From assembly GCF_002087085.1 (NCBI RefSeq), contig NZ_MWQY01000009.1, forward strand, positions 62,001 to 126,000: a stretch of DNA of 64,000 nt. The letters are read 5' to 3'. The translations under genes were made by a program, and so were the position numbers. Below, in pieces: positions 20,082 to 30,764 of the stretch. Numbering within the stretch: the stretch's first letter is position 1; the number at the start of each line of letters is the position of its first letter. Below the pieces are notes generated by a model. That model was not told where the DNA came from and did no database searches. It worked only from the letters and a program-made list of their open reading frames with translations.

Positions 20082-21573
20082 TTTGTTCAGATAGCATCTT
20101 TGTTTCCTTGAAATTGTTCCTAATAGACACTATCAATGAGACGAGGGCTACAGAAAGGAAAATAATAGATATGGGCTTCTGAATAAACGGTAGATAACTG
20201 CCATCGCTAAGCTGCAATCCCCTTCGCAGGTTCAGTTCAGCAATCGGACCAAGAATAAAACCTAAAACCACCGGAGGAAGAGGAAATTTTAACTTCATCA
20301 GCAGATATCCGGCTAATCCAAAAACGAGTAAACAGATGACATCGAACATCCTATTATTTGCCGCATAGGCACCAACAACACAAAGCATCATAATTATAGA
20401 AAATAAAATGTGTCTAGGGATTGCTAGAAGCCGTACGAACCCCCTCATCCCAAAAAACTCAAGAATCAGCATAGCGACATTGGCTACAATAAGGGCAGCA
20501 AAAATACTGTAGACTATGTATCCGTTTGTAGTAAAAAGAAGCGGGCCCGGCCGGATTCCATGGATCATTAGACCACCAAGGAGCATTGCGGTTACAGTAT
20601 CTCCTGGAATTCCTAGGGTTAATAGAGGGACTAGAGCTCCTCCTACAGAAGCATTGTTCGCAGATTCAGATGCGACAATTCCGTCCATGATGCCTGTCCC
20701 AAATTTTTCAGGATGGCGGGATTGATTTTTTGCTGTGATATAAGCCACGATATTTGAAGTAGATCCTCCGATACCTGGTAGTATACCTATTCCCGTCCCT
20801 ATAAGGCTTGATCTGATCCAGTTGATTGTCTGTTGGGCGAACTCCTTTGGACTGAATCCGAATCCCCTAATTCTGTAGTCAGCGATCTCATCTTTTGTAA
20901 TTGCTTTTCCCTTGCGTTCAGAATTCTTTAGGATTTCCCCAACCGCATATAAACCTATGAGAAGGGGTAGAAGACCGAATCCTCCATCTAAAACATGTAC
21001 ACCAAATGTGAAGCGCGGATAACCGTCCAGAGGCGCAACACCTACAAGAGAAAATCCAACTCCAATGCCCCCCGCTATCAACCCTTTTACCAGTGACCCT
21101 TGAGAAAGACTGGCTATCATGGTTAAAGCAAAGACTGTGATTGAAAAATAATCATAGGATGAAAACTTTAGAGCGATGCGCGCTAGTGGCGGTGAAACAA
21201 AAATCAGGATTAAGATACTAATTAAACCTCCCAGAAAGGAGTACACAATACCGATACCAAGAGCTTTACCCGCCTCTCCCTTTGCCGCCATTGGATGTCC
21301 GTCAAAGGTTGTTGCAATAGATGCCGGAGTGCCTGGAATCTTCAGCAGAATGGCGGTTATTAACCCTCCGGAAATACCTCCGATATAAAGTCCAAGCAAC
21401 AGAGAGATCCCGTTGATCGGCTGCAAACCAAAGGTAATAGGTAAGCATAGTGCGACTGCCATCGTTGCTGTCATACCCGGTATGGCACCGAAGATGATCC
21501 CGATTGATACACCGATGAAGATCAATAGTAGCGTTTTTATGTTCAGTACTGCAAGAATACCTGTCAGTAGCAT
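20053..21573 (-). CDS. tctA: Tripartite tricarboxylate transporter permease TctA
   Basis: GAIPG, IPGTPAS, DGHPMA, ESANNA, LTLGIPGD. Confidence 0.9.
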   Translation of the reverse strand: MLLTGILAVLNIKTLLLIFIGVSIGIIFGAIPGMTATMAVALCLPITFGLQPINGISLLLGLYIGGISGGLITAILLKIPGTPASIATTFDGHPMAAKGEAGKALGIGIVYSFLGGLISILILIFVSPPLARIALKFSSYDYFSITVFALTMIASLSQGSLVKGLIAGGIGVGFSLVGVAPLDGYPRFTFGVHVLDGGFGLLPLLIGLYAVGEILKNSERKGKAITKDEIADYRIRGFGFSPKEFAQQTINWIRSSLIGTGIGILPGIGGSTSNIVAYITAKNQSRHPEKFGTGIMDGIVASESANNASVGGALVPLLTLGIPGDTVTAMLLGGLMIHGIRPGPLLFTTNGYIVYSIFAALIVANVAMLILEFFGMRGFVRLLAIPRHILFSIIMMLCVVGAYAANNRMFDVICLLVFGLAGYLLMKLKFPLPPVVLGFILGPIAELNLRRGLQLSDGSYLPFIQKPISIIFLSVALVSLIVSIRNNFKETKMLSEQNGGEGSVTN

Positions 21574-21585
21574 ATCATTATCTCC

Positions 21586-22065
21586 TCACCCCAGAATTCC
21601 CGCCGGCAAGAGCAGATTGAAAACATTCACGAACAAAAAATAGACAGCAGTCGGCAAACCTGTAGATAAAATAAGAAAAAGCAGAATGTTACGATGATTC
21701 CTAGGTGCAAGGATATACATCTCTCCGAACAGGAATACTGCAGACATTATAATGAATCCTAAAACTTTAAGAAGAAATATATATGAAATAAGCAAGATAA
21801 CCGATGCCACAAAAGTGCGTACCTCTAAGGGGCCTTCGTCTTTGTCTTTCTTTTCCTTTGTTTTCTTTATATTCAGTTCATACAGTGAGTTAGAAATTAA
21901 AATTAAGCTCAGTATACTGATGTAGATACCAACAGCTTTTGGTAAATATTCAGGCCCCACACCGGCAAGGCGTGTCTTATCAATACCAAAAGAAGCGATA
22001 AGGACAGCTAAGCCTAAAATTAGTGAAAAAAAACCTGACCAGATATCTTTTTTTTGTTGCACCAT
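21586..22065 (-). CDS. tctB: TctB family small membrane subunit
   Basis: Four TM segments, GP..LP, C-terminal LPAG; between tctC and tctA. Confidence 0.85.
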   Translation of the reverse strand: MVQQKKDIWSGFFSLILGLAVLIASFGIDKTRLAGVGPEYLPKAVGIYISILSLILISNSLYELNIKKTKEKKDKDEGPLEVRTFVASVILLISYIFLLKVLGFIIMSAVFLFGEMYILAPRNHRNILLFLILSTGLPTAVYFLFVNVFNLLLPAGILG

Positions 22066-22090
22066 ATCATGTCCTTACTATTCAAATAAC

Positions 22091-22120
22091 ATCCCTGCTT
22101 GAAAAGCATCAGGCAGGGAT
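22091..22120 (-). other. Intercistronic stem-loop after tctC
   Basis: ATCCCTGCTTGA-6-TCAGGCAGGGAT. Confidence 0.55.
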
Positions 22121-22133
22121 ATATGGATAAGAT

Positions 22134-23114
22134 TTAGTTTACTTTGAGAAGTTCAGCATACTTCATGATTACTTCGCGTTGACCATTTAATGCATCAAGC
22201 GCATCATTGCCGCGAAGGTAAAAGGGCTTCTGAAAATAAGCTTTATGGATCTCTTCTTGGTATTGAGGATTCTTGGCGACCTCTTCCGCTGCATCAGCCC
22301 AAGTTTCTACTATCTCCCGGGACGTTCCTTTTGGAAAGGCAAAGAAATAGAGCATATCCAAAGTAGAATCGGGAAATCCCAGCTCAGCAACAGTTGGTAC
22401 ATCAGGGGCCTCTTCTATTCGTTCGGAACCGAGACTTGCCAGAGCTTTCACATCTCCGCTGTCAATATAATCCTTCATCATGCCATACGCATTAGGAATA
22501 ATATCTACATGACCACCCATAAGGGCAGCAAGCCGATCTGAACCGCCTCCGAAGTCTGCCAACTTGAATTTGACTCCCTGTTCATACAGGGTTACTCCGG
22601 CGAGATAGGTTGTAGCCCCGGTGTTCGCAGCAAAGGTTATTGCATCGGGGGTTTTCTTCGTTGCTGCAACGACATCGTCGAATGAATTGTAGGGTGCGGA
22701 TCCGTCAGCGTAGAGGAGTACTCCTGCACTTTTTGCCCCGATACATGAAATCTCATAGTCATTGGCGTTTTTATCCCACAAGCCTGCTGCTTCACTAACC
22801 ATCATAGCTGAATGGTGCCACAGTACAGTATATCCATCGGGATCACTGTCAAGAACGTGCCTCATTCCTATCGTCCCTCCGCTACCAGTAACATTTGTAA
22901 CGACAACTGGGACTCCAAGAATATCCTTCAGATATTTTGCGTAAACACGTGCGTTATAATCTGTATCTCCGCCGGGGTTAAAAGCTACAACAATCTGCAC
23001 AGACTTTGCAGGCCATGCTTTTTCTGACTGTTCCTGTTCTCCATTAGCGAAAAGTGATGCTGCTAAAAATACCAAAAGTAGCCCTATTCCAAAACTTCGA
23101 TTTTTTGTGATCAT
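22134..23114 (-). CDS. tctC: TctC/Bug substrate-binding protein
   Basis: WPAKSVQIVVAFNPGGDTD, DGYT, GGHVD, DVPT..ELG; start at MITK with AGGAGG. Confidence 0.9.
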   Translation of the reverse strand: MITKNRSFGIGLLLVFLAASLFANGEQEQSEKAWPAKSVQIVVAFNPGGDTDYNARVYAKYLKDILGVPVVVTNVTGSGGTIGMRHVLDSDPDGYTVLWHHSAMMVSEAAGLWDKNANDYEISCIGAKSAGVLLYADGSAPYNSFDDVVAATKKTPDAITFAANTGATTYLAGVTLYEQGVKFKLADFGGGSDRLAALMGGHVDIIPNAYGMMKDYIDSGDVKALASLGSERIEEAPDVPTVAELGFPDSTLDMLYFFAFPKGTSREIVETWADAAEEVAKNPQYQEEIHKAYFQKPFYLRGNDALDALNGQREVIMKYAELLKVN

Positions 23115-23456
23115 ACAATACCTCCTGTCTTTTTTGCATGCTAACAGTAACCTCCCTAAAATACACACTATATAATTTTGCATGCAATATTTATGCTAAT
23201 TGTACAATTGAAATTTATTTTCTGCAAGAAAAACTTCAAATTAAACTCATTTATATGGATATTTACTAAAAAGCAAAAGATTATCTAATATGCCAATCTC
23301 TGAAAAACAGTTAAATTGGTCTTAACCAATCCTGTCGTCAAAGAAAGATAGTTGTTAAACATATTGCTGTTTTAGTTCAGATGCCCTCAACACTAATATG
23401 CTGTTCTGCTATCTATCATTTTCGTTCATATTCCACAGAACATTCCCTTAGAATCC

Positions 23457-24464
23457 TTACCAGCAATTACATAGAGCTTCTATGTTTTCAATGGAGACAT
23501 CCACTCCGGCAACACTCTGACCAATAAGTCCTCCGCCATTAACAGTGAGCATCTCCTTCATTTTTGACGCACTTTTGTAAATTTCCTCCGGACCTTTGAA
23601 GGCTAGGACATTCTGACGATCGATCTCTCCCCAAAAACATATTTTTCCCCTGAAATTCCTGCTGATCTCATCAAGGTCCATTATCCAGATCTGACTATTA
23701 ACCGCATCTACCCCAAGATCAATTAAATCCTTGTATAAATTATATATGTAGCCGTCGCTATGGAAAAAAATGTATTTACCCTTGGCTTGTATCTTATCTA
23801 TGATCTTCCGGTAGATGGGTTTGAACATCGCTGTGAAGTCTTTAGGCGATATGAGTAGACTTATCTGAGATCCCCAGTCTTCTGTAAAAAAGATACCATC
23901 TACATCTTTATCAAGCCAGTAATCAAGGTATCGATCAAAATACTCAGCTATTTTATCCAAGAAGATAAAAAGCCCCCTCTCTTTTAAACCGATATCCATG
24001 AAGAGGTTTTCTGTCCCCCGGACAAACTGCATGCGCTGAAAAGGCTCAACCTTAGCACCGATTACAAAACGGCCTTTGTTACGAGATTGCTCTATCTTTT
24101 TGTTAATCAGATCATTATGCTCCTCCCATTCAGAATCCAACCAAAGGTAGGGAGGAGACCAATTATTCACATCATCAAGATCCTTCAAAGCTGGTTCTTT
24201 TACCTCTCCCACCATTCCATCGGCAAGGACAAGCCATGAACTGCCCCAGGTATCAACGTAACGCCCGCGTTGTGTCGATCGGCTATAAAAGTTTCTATCC
24301 CCGGGACCGGCAATAAGATCAATATCGTTTGGATAGCGCTGAATAAGATTATCAAGCTGCTGACCATAGCGGTTCCGTGTAGCCTGGTGGAACCAGAGAT
24401 TAAGAGGGATCTTGCCCGGACTTTTAAATTTCAATGCAGCAATAACTCTTTCCCTGCTTGTCAT
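23457..24464 (-). CDS. Uroporphyrinogen decarboxylase (UROD)/MtaA-like family protein
   Basis: MTSRERV, RGTENLFMD, EDWGSQ..LLISP, FHSDG, FWGEIDRQ; GGAGG RBS. Confidence 0.85.
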   Translation of the reverse strand: MTSRERVIAALKFKSPGKIPLNLWFHQATRNRYGQQLDNLIQRYPNDIDLIAGPGDRNFYSRSTQRGRYVDTWGSSWLVLADGMVGEVKEPALKDLDDVNNWSPPYLWLDSEWEEHNDLINKKIEQSRNKGRFVIGAKVEPFQRMQFVRGTENLFMDIGLKERGLFIFLDKIAEYFDRYLDYWLDKDVDGIFFTEDWGSQISLLISPKDFTAMFKPIYRKIIDKIQAKGKYIFFHSDGYIYNLYKDLIDLGVDAVNSQIWIMDLDEISRNFRGKICFWGEIDRQNVLAFKGPEEIYKSASKMKEMLTVNGGGLIGQSVAGVDVSIENIEALCNCW

Positions 24465-24797
24465 GTACCCCTCCAGATCTATTTTGAATGCAATATTAAA
24501 CATGCAACTATTTGTTGTATATAAAATTTCGGTTATTATTTGTAAATTATTGTTATCGATTACCTTCAAAGCAGTTTGCTCAAATGATCTTACAAATAGT
24601 GTCAACACATGTAACTTTCATTATGAGGAATAATTCTCGGAATTCACGATTTTTTTTAATAGACTATCATAATCTACTTTACGGCATGGCACCAACATAG
24701 TACAATCACTGCACACAAACAAATACTGTATGCAATATTTATTTGATGTCATTTTTGAAGTGTCTTGACAAATAAGAACTAGTTAATAGGAGAAGGA

Positions 24798-25979
24798 ATG
24801 AAAACTAATCGTCAGATCAATCGAATACGTGGGCTGATGGATAAGTACCTGGAAATAGTACACAGCGACCGCAACAAACAGAACCTAAAGATGTGGAAGG
24901 AAGTTGGATCATGGAATCGAGACAAACCCCGTGGATTTGTACCTCTTAAACCAAATGGACACTTGCCCTATGTTATTGAACTGGATATTTCCCTGTGGAG
25001 AAAGCTTACAAACGATACAAATCTTGTTGAATATTACTCTGATCCCTACACCCACATGGAATTTCAGCTACAGCGAAGTCTGAACCATCACCAACTTTAT
25101 AAGGACAACTTTGTTTTTACCGACGAACTGTACATTTGGTTCGGTGTTATAACGGAACTTAGCCTTTTTGGAAGTGAAGTTGTTTGGCAGGAGCATAAAG
25201 AGGGTTGGATCAAAGAGCCGATTCTCAGCTCACTGGAACAGGTAGAAAAACTGACACCTCCAGATTTCTATAAAAGCGGGTTGATGCCTAAAATTCATGA
25301 ATTCTATCAAGTGATGAACGAAGTTGCTGATGGAAAGCTCAAAGTACTATTTCCGGAACTTGCCCGAGGCCCCTTCTGTATGGCTGTTCATTTGCGCGGG
25401 ATTTCAGATCTTTTCTGTGATGTTCTGGTGAATCCTGAGGGTGTGCACAAGCTGATGCGTTTTATTGTTGACAGCGAGATAGAATGGACCAAAGAGCGTA
25501 CCAGGTTTACCGGAGAAGAACCTACACGATTGAAGCTTTTTAATGATGAGATTGATTGCCCTTCAATCGGTCCCCAGATTTACAATGACCTGATTTTTCC
25601 CTATGAGGAGGAACTTGCAAAAATATCTGGAGGTGTTCGCTACTGGCATAGCTGCGGAAATATATCTGCCTTTCTACCAAAAATAAACAAACTCCCGAAT
25701 CTAGAGGTTTGTCATGTAGGCCCCTGGACATCGTATGAAGAGGCGGATGCTATTTTTGGAAGTAAAACTGCTTTGGAAATATGTCTACATCCGGTAAACG
25801 ATATTGTCATGGCTGATACCGGACAAATGAGATCGAAATTAGAAGACATTATCAACAAGTGCCCTCATGAGAACTACTCTGTACGAGCTGATGCCCTTAT
25901 GCCACAAGGAGACGATCTTGAATCGCAGTTAAGTAAAATCAAAGAATGGGAAGAAATAGCCCGTGAATATTTCGGATAG
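24798..25979 (+). CDS. UROD/MetE-like superfamily protein
   Basis: GPF.MA..LRG..LF.D...P..VH.LM, WHSCG; AGGAG RBS. Confidence 0.7.
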   Translation: MKTNRQINRIRGLMDKYLEIVHSDRNKQNLKMWKEVGSWNRDKPRGFVPLKPNGHLPYVIELDISLWRKLTNDTNLVEYYSDPYTHMEFQLQRSLNHHQLYKDNFVFTDELYIWFGVITELSLFGSEVVWQEHKEGWIKEPILSSLEQVEKLTPPDFYKSGLMPKIHEFYQVMNEVADGKLKVLFPELARGPFCMAVHLRGISDLFCDVLVNPEGVHKLMRFIVDSEIEWTKERTRFTGEEPTRLKLFNDEIDCPSIGPQIYNDLIFPYEEELAKISGGVRYWHSCGNISAFLPKINKLPNLEVCHVGPWTSYEEADAIFGSKTALEICLHPVNDIVMADTGQMRSKLEDIINKCPHENYSVRADALMPQGDDLESQLSKIKEWEEIAREYFG

Positions 25980-25988
25980 GAAGGGAAA

Positions 25989-26909
25989 ATGGCCTACGAA
26001 GTTTACGTTCCCCAAGATATTGACAAAACGGGAAAAGGATATTATTGAGCGTGGTGATGAGATAGTCATGGGAATAGAGATTACTTCTGCAATTTTTATG
26101 GATGAAATCTCCGGTCATGACGCATCTTTACTTGGAACAGCTAAGAGCACAAGGGAGATAATGGAGAATTGTTAGATAATCAAGGTAATTTCGCGTTATT
26201 GCGTTAGCTATGATAATGTAGATATTGAAGCAGTTAAGGATTTGAGGATACTTGTCACCTCTTCAGCTGTAGGATATGTGATTATTATAGCTGAACATAC
26301 CATCAATTACTGATAGCCTGTGCCCATTATTTCCATAATGGAGATCTATCAACTAGGAACGGCGATTGAGATTTCAGAAATCATAGCATAGGAGCAGATC
26401 TGGAAGGCAAATACTCGTATTGATCGGCTTGGGGAAGATTGCATCCAAAGTGGCAAAAAGTCAATCCTTGGCCTGGAAAAGGAAGTCGGAGCGTACGATC
26501 CTTTTGTAGTACCTGATCAGGTTCCTTAAGGGGGGCAAGATCAAAAATAACCGTGTCGATGTCTTTAACAAAGCCGATTTTGTCAGCGTTCACGTATCGG
26601 TCACCTCCGGTACCCGAGAAAGTATCGAGAAAAGGGAGTTCTCTTAATGAAAAGAGTGCATTCTTCATAAATTGTGGAAGCGTCGCAGTGATAATAGAAA
26701 ATTATCTTATACAAGCACTTAATGAAAACTGGATTGCTGGTACCGCATTGGATGTTTTCAATCCTGAACCGCCGGGATCTGTTAGCCCAGTGCTACACCT
26801 TGAAAATGTCATACTCTCACCTCACAACGCTGTAACAACGAAAGAGTCTGCCATACGTGTAGCGTTAGGCAGGGCCCGGGGAATTGATGATGTGTTAAGC
26901 GGGACGTAG
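25989..26909 (+). pseudogene. Degraded D-2-hydroxyacid/phosphoglycerate dehydrogenase
   Basis: Motifs spread over frames with stops: KVISRY.VSYDNVDI, AEHT, IGLGKIA, AYDPF, ADFVSVH, AFFINCG, ALDVFNPEPP, LSPHNA. Confidence 0.85.
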
Positions 26910-27096
26910 TTTTCAATTTCCATTAGTCATACCAGAAAACATCAGGAAGGATAAATATATTCTGAAATATTTAGTGGTCTACAAACCCAGTCGTAGAGGC
27001 GAATGGAGAATTTCTATTTACTGAACAGAACATAGCGGCCAGTTCATCGAATGAATGAAATGATAAAATTCAGTATCAGTATACAAGGAGGCGATA

Positions 27097-27714
27097 ATGA
27101 ACGTTGTTGAATATGAAGACCTCGAGGAGGGGGTATATGACAGTATACTTTCTTTTTTGTTGCAGAGAAAGCTTAAAGCTGGTGATAGGCTAAATCAACT
27201 CCTCCTAGTCCGGGAGCTATCCATATCAAGAACCCCAATCAATTCTGTGCTTTCTCACCTGGAAGGACAGATGATAGCAGGAAAAGCTCCCCGTCATGGT
27301 TATTCTGTAAGAAATTACAGTCGAGAGGAACTGTGCGGGATTTGCAATCTTTTTGAGTTGATAGGTATAGATATACTTAACCAGGTGTGCCAGTTAAGTG
27401 ACATAAATCTTGGGAGAATATACCGTATAATAAACACTCAGGAATCTAATGATGACAACGGTCGTTCCTTCGAATTCCTCTACAAATTTTTTCAAGCAAT
27501 CGTTGTCAACTGTGCCAATGAAGTCCTTGAAAACATATTCTGTTCTCTTTTAGTGATCATGATTACGAATGGATTGCTCGATTCTACTGAATGGGAGGAA
27601 CATCTATCTTTTGCAAAGGATCTTTTTAGCGCCCTCGAAAGAAGGGATGCTAAAAAAACTATAGAAAGGTTTAGTTCGTTAATTTATAAATTCAAAAAAT
27701 CAATCAGTAACTGA
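27097..27714 (+). CDS. GntR-family regulator, divergent
   Basis: LKAGDRL...ELSISRTPI HTH; weak FCD-like C-terminus; AGGAGG RBS. Confidence 0.7.
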   Translation: MNVVEYEDLEEGVYDSILSFLLQRKLKAGDRLNQLLLVRELSISRTPINSVLSHLEGQMIAGKAPRHGYSVRNYSREELCGICNLFELIGIDILNQVCQLSDINLGRIYRIINTQESNDDNGRSFEFLYKFFQAIVVNCANEVLENIFCSLLVIMITNGLLDSTEWEEHLSFAKDLFSALERRDAKKTIERFSSLIYKFKKSISN

Positions 27715-28407
27715 ATTTGATGAATCAGTGAAAAGCAGATCAAACTTTAAATCGCCTTTAGTAAGATGCTCTGAAAGTGATTTTCTGGAACGCATATGAT
27801 GCTCCATCATGAGTTTCTGAGCAAGTGCAGCCTCTCGTCGGCGCATTGCATCAATAATTTCAAGATGTTCAACTATAGTTTCGTCAGGGGAACGCATAAC
27901 ACCCATGTTAAGAGAGGTAGTGAGCATATTAAAAGTCTTAATGAAGCGGATGAACATGCGATTACCAGATTTCATGAGAATAGACCGATGGAATTCCCGA
28001 TCTACTCGTAGATATTCAACGGCATCCCCTTTAGTATGTACTTCTTTGAGTCGTTCACCAAAGTCGATTAGACCAAAGAGTTCGTCATCATCGAGATTTT
28101 CAATGCACCGTCGCAACGCCATACTCTCCATGGCAGCCCGTGCTTCATAAAAATCAATCAAATACTGGGGAGTATATTCCCGGGCAAAAAAACCACTATT
28201 GCCTCGTTTTTCTATCAGATCCTCCCCTACCAGCCGTTTTACTGCCTCGTTTACTGGAGTCAGACTAACACGCAATTGTCGACACAACTCAGATTTATCG
28301 ATCCGATCCCCCGGAAGAATTGACCGCTCGATCAACATTCGTTTTATTTCACTATAAACCCGGTCTCCGATATAGACCTTTTTGATCGGGGATTTTCCCA
28401 TGCTCAT
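27700..28407 (-). CDS. GntR-family regulator (FCD domain)
   Basis: PGDRI...VSLTPVNEA; DREFH, SGN, EHLEII, HH. Confidence 0.85.
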   Translation of the reverse strand: MSMGKSPIKKVYIGDRVYSEIKRMLIERSILPGDRIDKSELCRQLRVSLTPVNEAVKRLVGEDLIEKRGNSGFFAREYTPQYLIDFYEARAAMESMALRRCIENLDDDELFGLIDFGERLKEVHTKGDAVEYLRVDREFHRSILMKSGNRMFIRFIKTFNMLTTSLNMGVMRSPDETIVEHLEIIDAMRRREAALAQKLMMEHHMRSRKSLSEHLTKGDLKFDLLFTDSSNSVTD

Positions 28408-28500
28408 AAAATAGGATTATTCCCTCTAATAGTAAAAAATGCAACACCGTTTTCTATAAAATAGGATGGCGGAACCGTTAAGCCCCGCCAAACACAGAAA

Positions 28501-29604
28501 TCACCCCTTTACACTGCCTGCCATAAGACCACGGACAAAGAAACGCTGCAGACCGAAGAAGACGATCAAAGGAAGTATCATGCTCAGAAAGGCACCGGAG
28601 GTCAGCAGATGCCAGTCCTGCCCCTTTTCGCCAACCATGGCAGCCAGGGCACTGGTTACAACCCGGTTTTTGTCTCCCAGGAAGACCAGGGCAACAAGGT
28701 AATCATTCCAGACCCAGAGGAACTGAAAGATTGCAAAGCTCGCCAGGGCCGGAACGGACAAAGGCAGAACCAGGCGCACAAAGGTAGTAAAGGGTGTTGC
28801 GCCATCGAGATAGGCTGATTCAAAGATGTCCCGGGACAGGGTACTGATGTAGTTGTACAGCAGGTAGATTGCCAGAGGCAGACCAAAGCCCGTGTGCGCC
28901 ATCCACATACCCAGGAAGGTACCGGTAATTCCCCAGTTGGTAAAATCCCGCAATATGGGTATCAGGGCAATCTGTAGCGGTACGACCAGAAGTGCCACCA
29001 CCATGGTAAAGAAGGGTCTGCGCATGGGGAACTCCATCCAGGCGAAGGCATAGGCCGCAAAAGCTGCGATAAGAATGGGGATTATTGTAGCGGGAATACT
29101 GACTGCCAGTGAGTTCAGAACAGCATCGGCAAAATTGCTCCCCTGCCGTGATATCGTGTTACCCTGGGCATCTACAAAAGAAACCTCTCCGCCGGAGAGA
29201 ACATCCTTGTAGTTCTGCATAGTCAGGTTAGCACCGAAGCCGATCCATTTTTCCTCATACACCCTGATCGTTCTTGAGCGCTTATTTCCGATCCAGCGAA
29301 TCTGCTTGCCCTCTTCTACACTTATACCCTGTCGCCACTGTTCAAAAGAGGCCGTGTGGTCTTCGATGGTAATGGGCGCATCGGGATTCGTATCCTCAGG
29401 CAGCTCGTACTCATGGGTAAGGACCCAGTCTTTGTGGGGCAGCACCGTCCACCAGCCAGACCCGTAAATATCCTTGGAATCCCGAAAGGAGGTAACAAAA
29501 ATCCCCAGGGTGGGAACCGTCCAGCTAAGCACGATCGCAACAAGAATAAGTTCTACAAGCAGCTTGCCCGGAGAGAACAGTTTTTTTTCCGCTCTTTTTT
29601 TCAT
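28501..29604 (-). CDS. Carbohydrate ABC permease (AglG-like)
   Basis: ESAYLDGA, FQFLWVWND, GLMAGSVKG. Confidence 0.9.
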   Translation of the reverse strand: MKKRAEKKLFSPGKLLVELILVAIVLSWTVPTLGIFVTSFRDSKDIYGSGWWTVLPHKDWVLTHEYELPEDTNPDAPITIEDHTASFEQWRQGISVEEGKQIRWIGNKRSRTIRVYEEKWIGFGANLTMQNYKDVLSGGEVSFVDAQGNTISRQGSNFADAVLNSLAVSIPATIIPILIAAFAAYAFAWMEFPMRRPFFTMVVALLVVPLQIALIPILRDFTNWGITGTFLGMWMAHTGFGLPLAIYLLYNYISTLSRDIFESAYLDGATPFTTFVRLVLPLSVPALASFAIFQFLWVWNDYLVALVFLGDKNRVVTSALAAMVGEKGQDWHLLTSGAFLSMILPLIVFFGLQRFFVRGLMAGSVKG

Positions 29605-30683
29605 TTCAACACACTCCTGGCACGGAATTGCTTCAGGTTATAGATAAGGACCGGTATGATAACCACCAGCAGAATAATAGCGATAGCCGATGCACGGCCC
29701 GAATTATTGTAGGAAAACTGCTGCAGGTAGAACTCATTGGCAATAACATTGGTTCCGTAGTTTCCACCGGTCATAACCCGGACGATATCAAAGAGTTTGA
29801 GGCTGAAAATCAGGATCGTCGTGGTTACTGTAACAATGGTAGGCATGATGGACGGAATCGTAATATTGAAAAAAATCCGTATGGGTCCTGCACCATCCAC
29901 TCTGGCGGCTTCGTTGATGGATTCCGGAATACCCTTTATTGCCGCCGAGATTATCACCATCGCGTAGCCTGTCTGCAGCCATACCATAATGATAATCAGA
30001 AAAAAGTTGTTCCAGAAGGGAACCAGCAGCCAGGCCTGGGCTTCGCCGCCGAAGGCTGTGACGATGGCATTCAGCAGACCGATTTCAGCGATATTGATCC
30101 CTTCGCCCTTATAGGCGTAGATAAACTTCCAGATAACACCTGCACCGACAAAGGAGATTGCCATGGGCATGAATATCAGGGATTTGATGACCTTCTCGAA
30201 GCGGCTCTTGTCTGCCAGTACCGAGATTATGAGACCAAGAATAACACAGGCGGATGTTCCGAAAACAATCCAGAGCAGGTTGTTTCTGAAGCTTTCCAGC
30301 ATGATGGGATCAGTAAAGGCGAACTTGTAATTATCAAGAAATACGAATTCTCTTCCCGCGGCATCCATAAAACTCAGCGCAAGGGAGCGCAGGGTCGGAA
30401 GAACCAGGGCCCATAGCAGAAAAATAACCGCCGGACCTGCAAACACAAAGGCCACTGCAATTGAACGTATACTTCTGGGCATGGACTGGGCTATCTGGTT
30501 GAGTACAAAATAGAGAAGTGCCACAGAGCCGAGACCCCAGACAACAGCGAAAAAGGTCATCAAAACCTTGGCATTCTGCAGATTCTGCAACAGCAGGAAT
30601 CCTCCGATGAGTACTACAGCCGTCAGTACAAGAAGTACAAACAGTACCGCGTAGCGCCGCGAAGGCGTAAGGTCTTCCAGCAT
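29601..30683 (-). CDS. Carbohydrate ABC permease (AglF-like)
   Basis: PMAISFVGAGVIWKF, EAARVDGA. Confidence 0.9.
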   Translation of the reverse strand: MLEDLTPSRRYAVLFVLLVLTAVVLIGGFLLLQNLQNAKVLMTFFAVVWGLGSVALLYFVLNQIAQSMPRSIRSIAVAFVFAGPAVIFLLWALVLPTLRSLALSFMDAAGREFVFLDNYKFAFTDPIMLESFRNNLLWIVFGTSACVILGLIISVLADKSRFEKVIKSLIFMPMAISFVGAGVIWKFIYAYKGEGINIAEIGLLNAIVTAFGGEAQAWLLVPFWNNFFLIIIMVWLQTGYAMVIISAAIKGIPESINEAARVDGAGPIRIFFNITIPSIMPTIVTVTTTILIFSLKLFDIVRVMTGGNYGTNVIANEFYLQQFSYNNSGRASAIAIILLVVIIPVLIYNLKQFRARSVLK

Positions 30684-30764
30684 ACTTGCCTCCTCCTATA
30701 AAAAGGTTGAGCCGCAGGGGGGCATACAGCCCCCCTGCGACGGGAGAAATACAGGTAGCCTGTA

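Noticed and set aside
18849..28500. CAAACAC-like matches at both islet edges as att sites
   Set aside because: Too short and imperfect; no integrase
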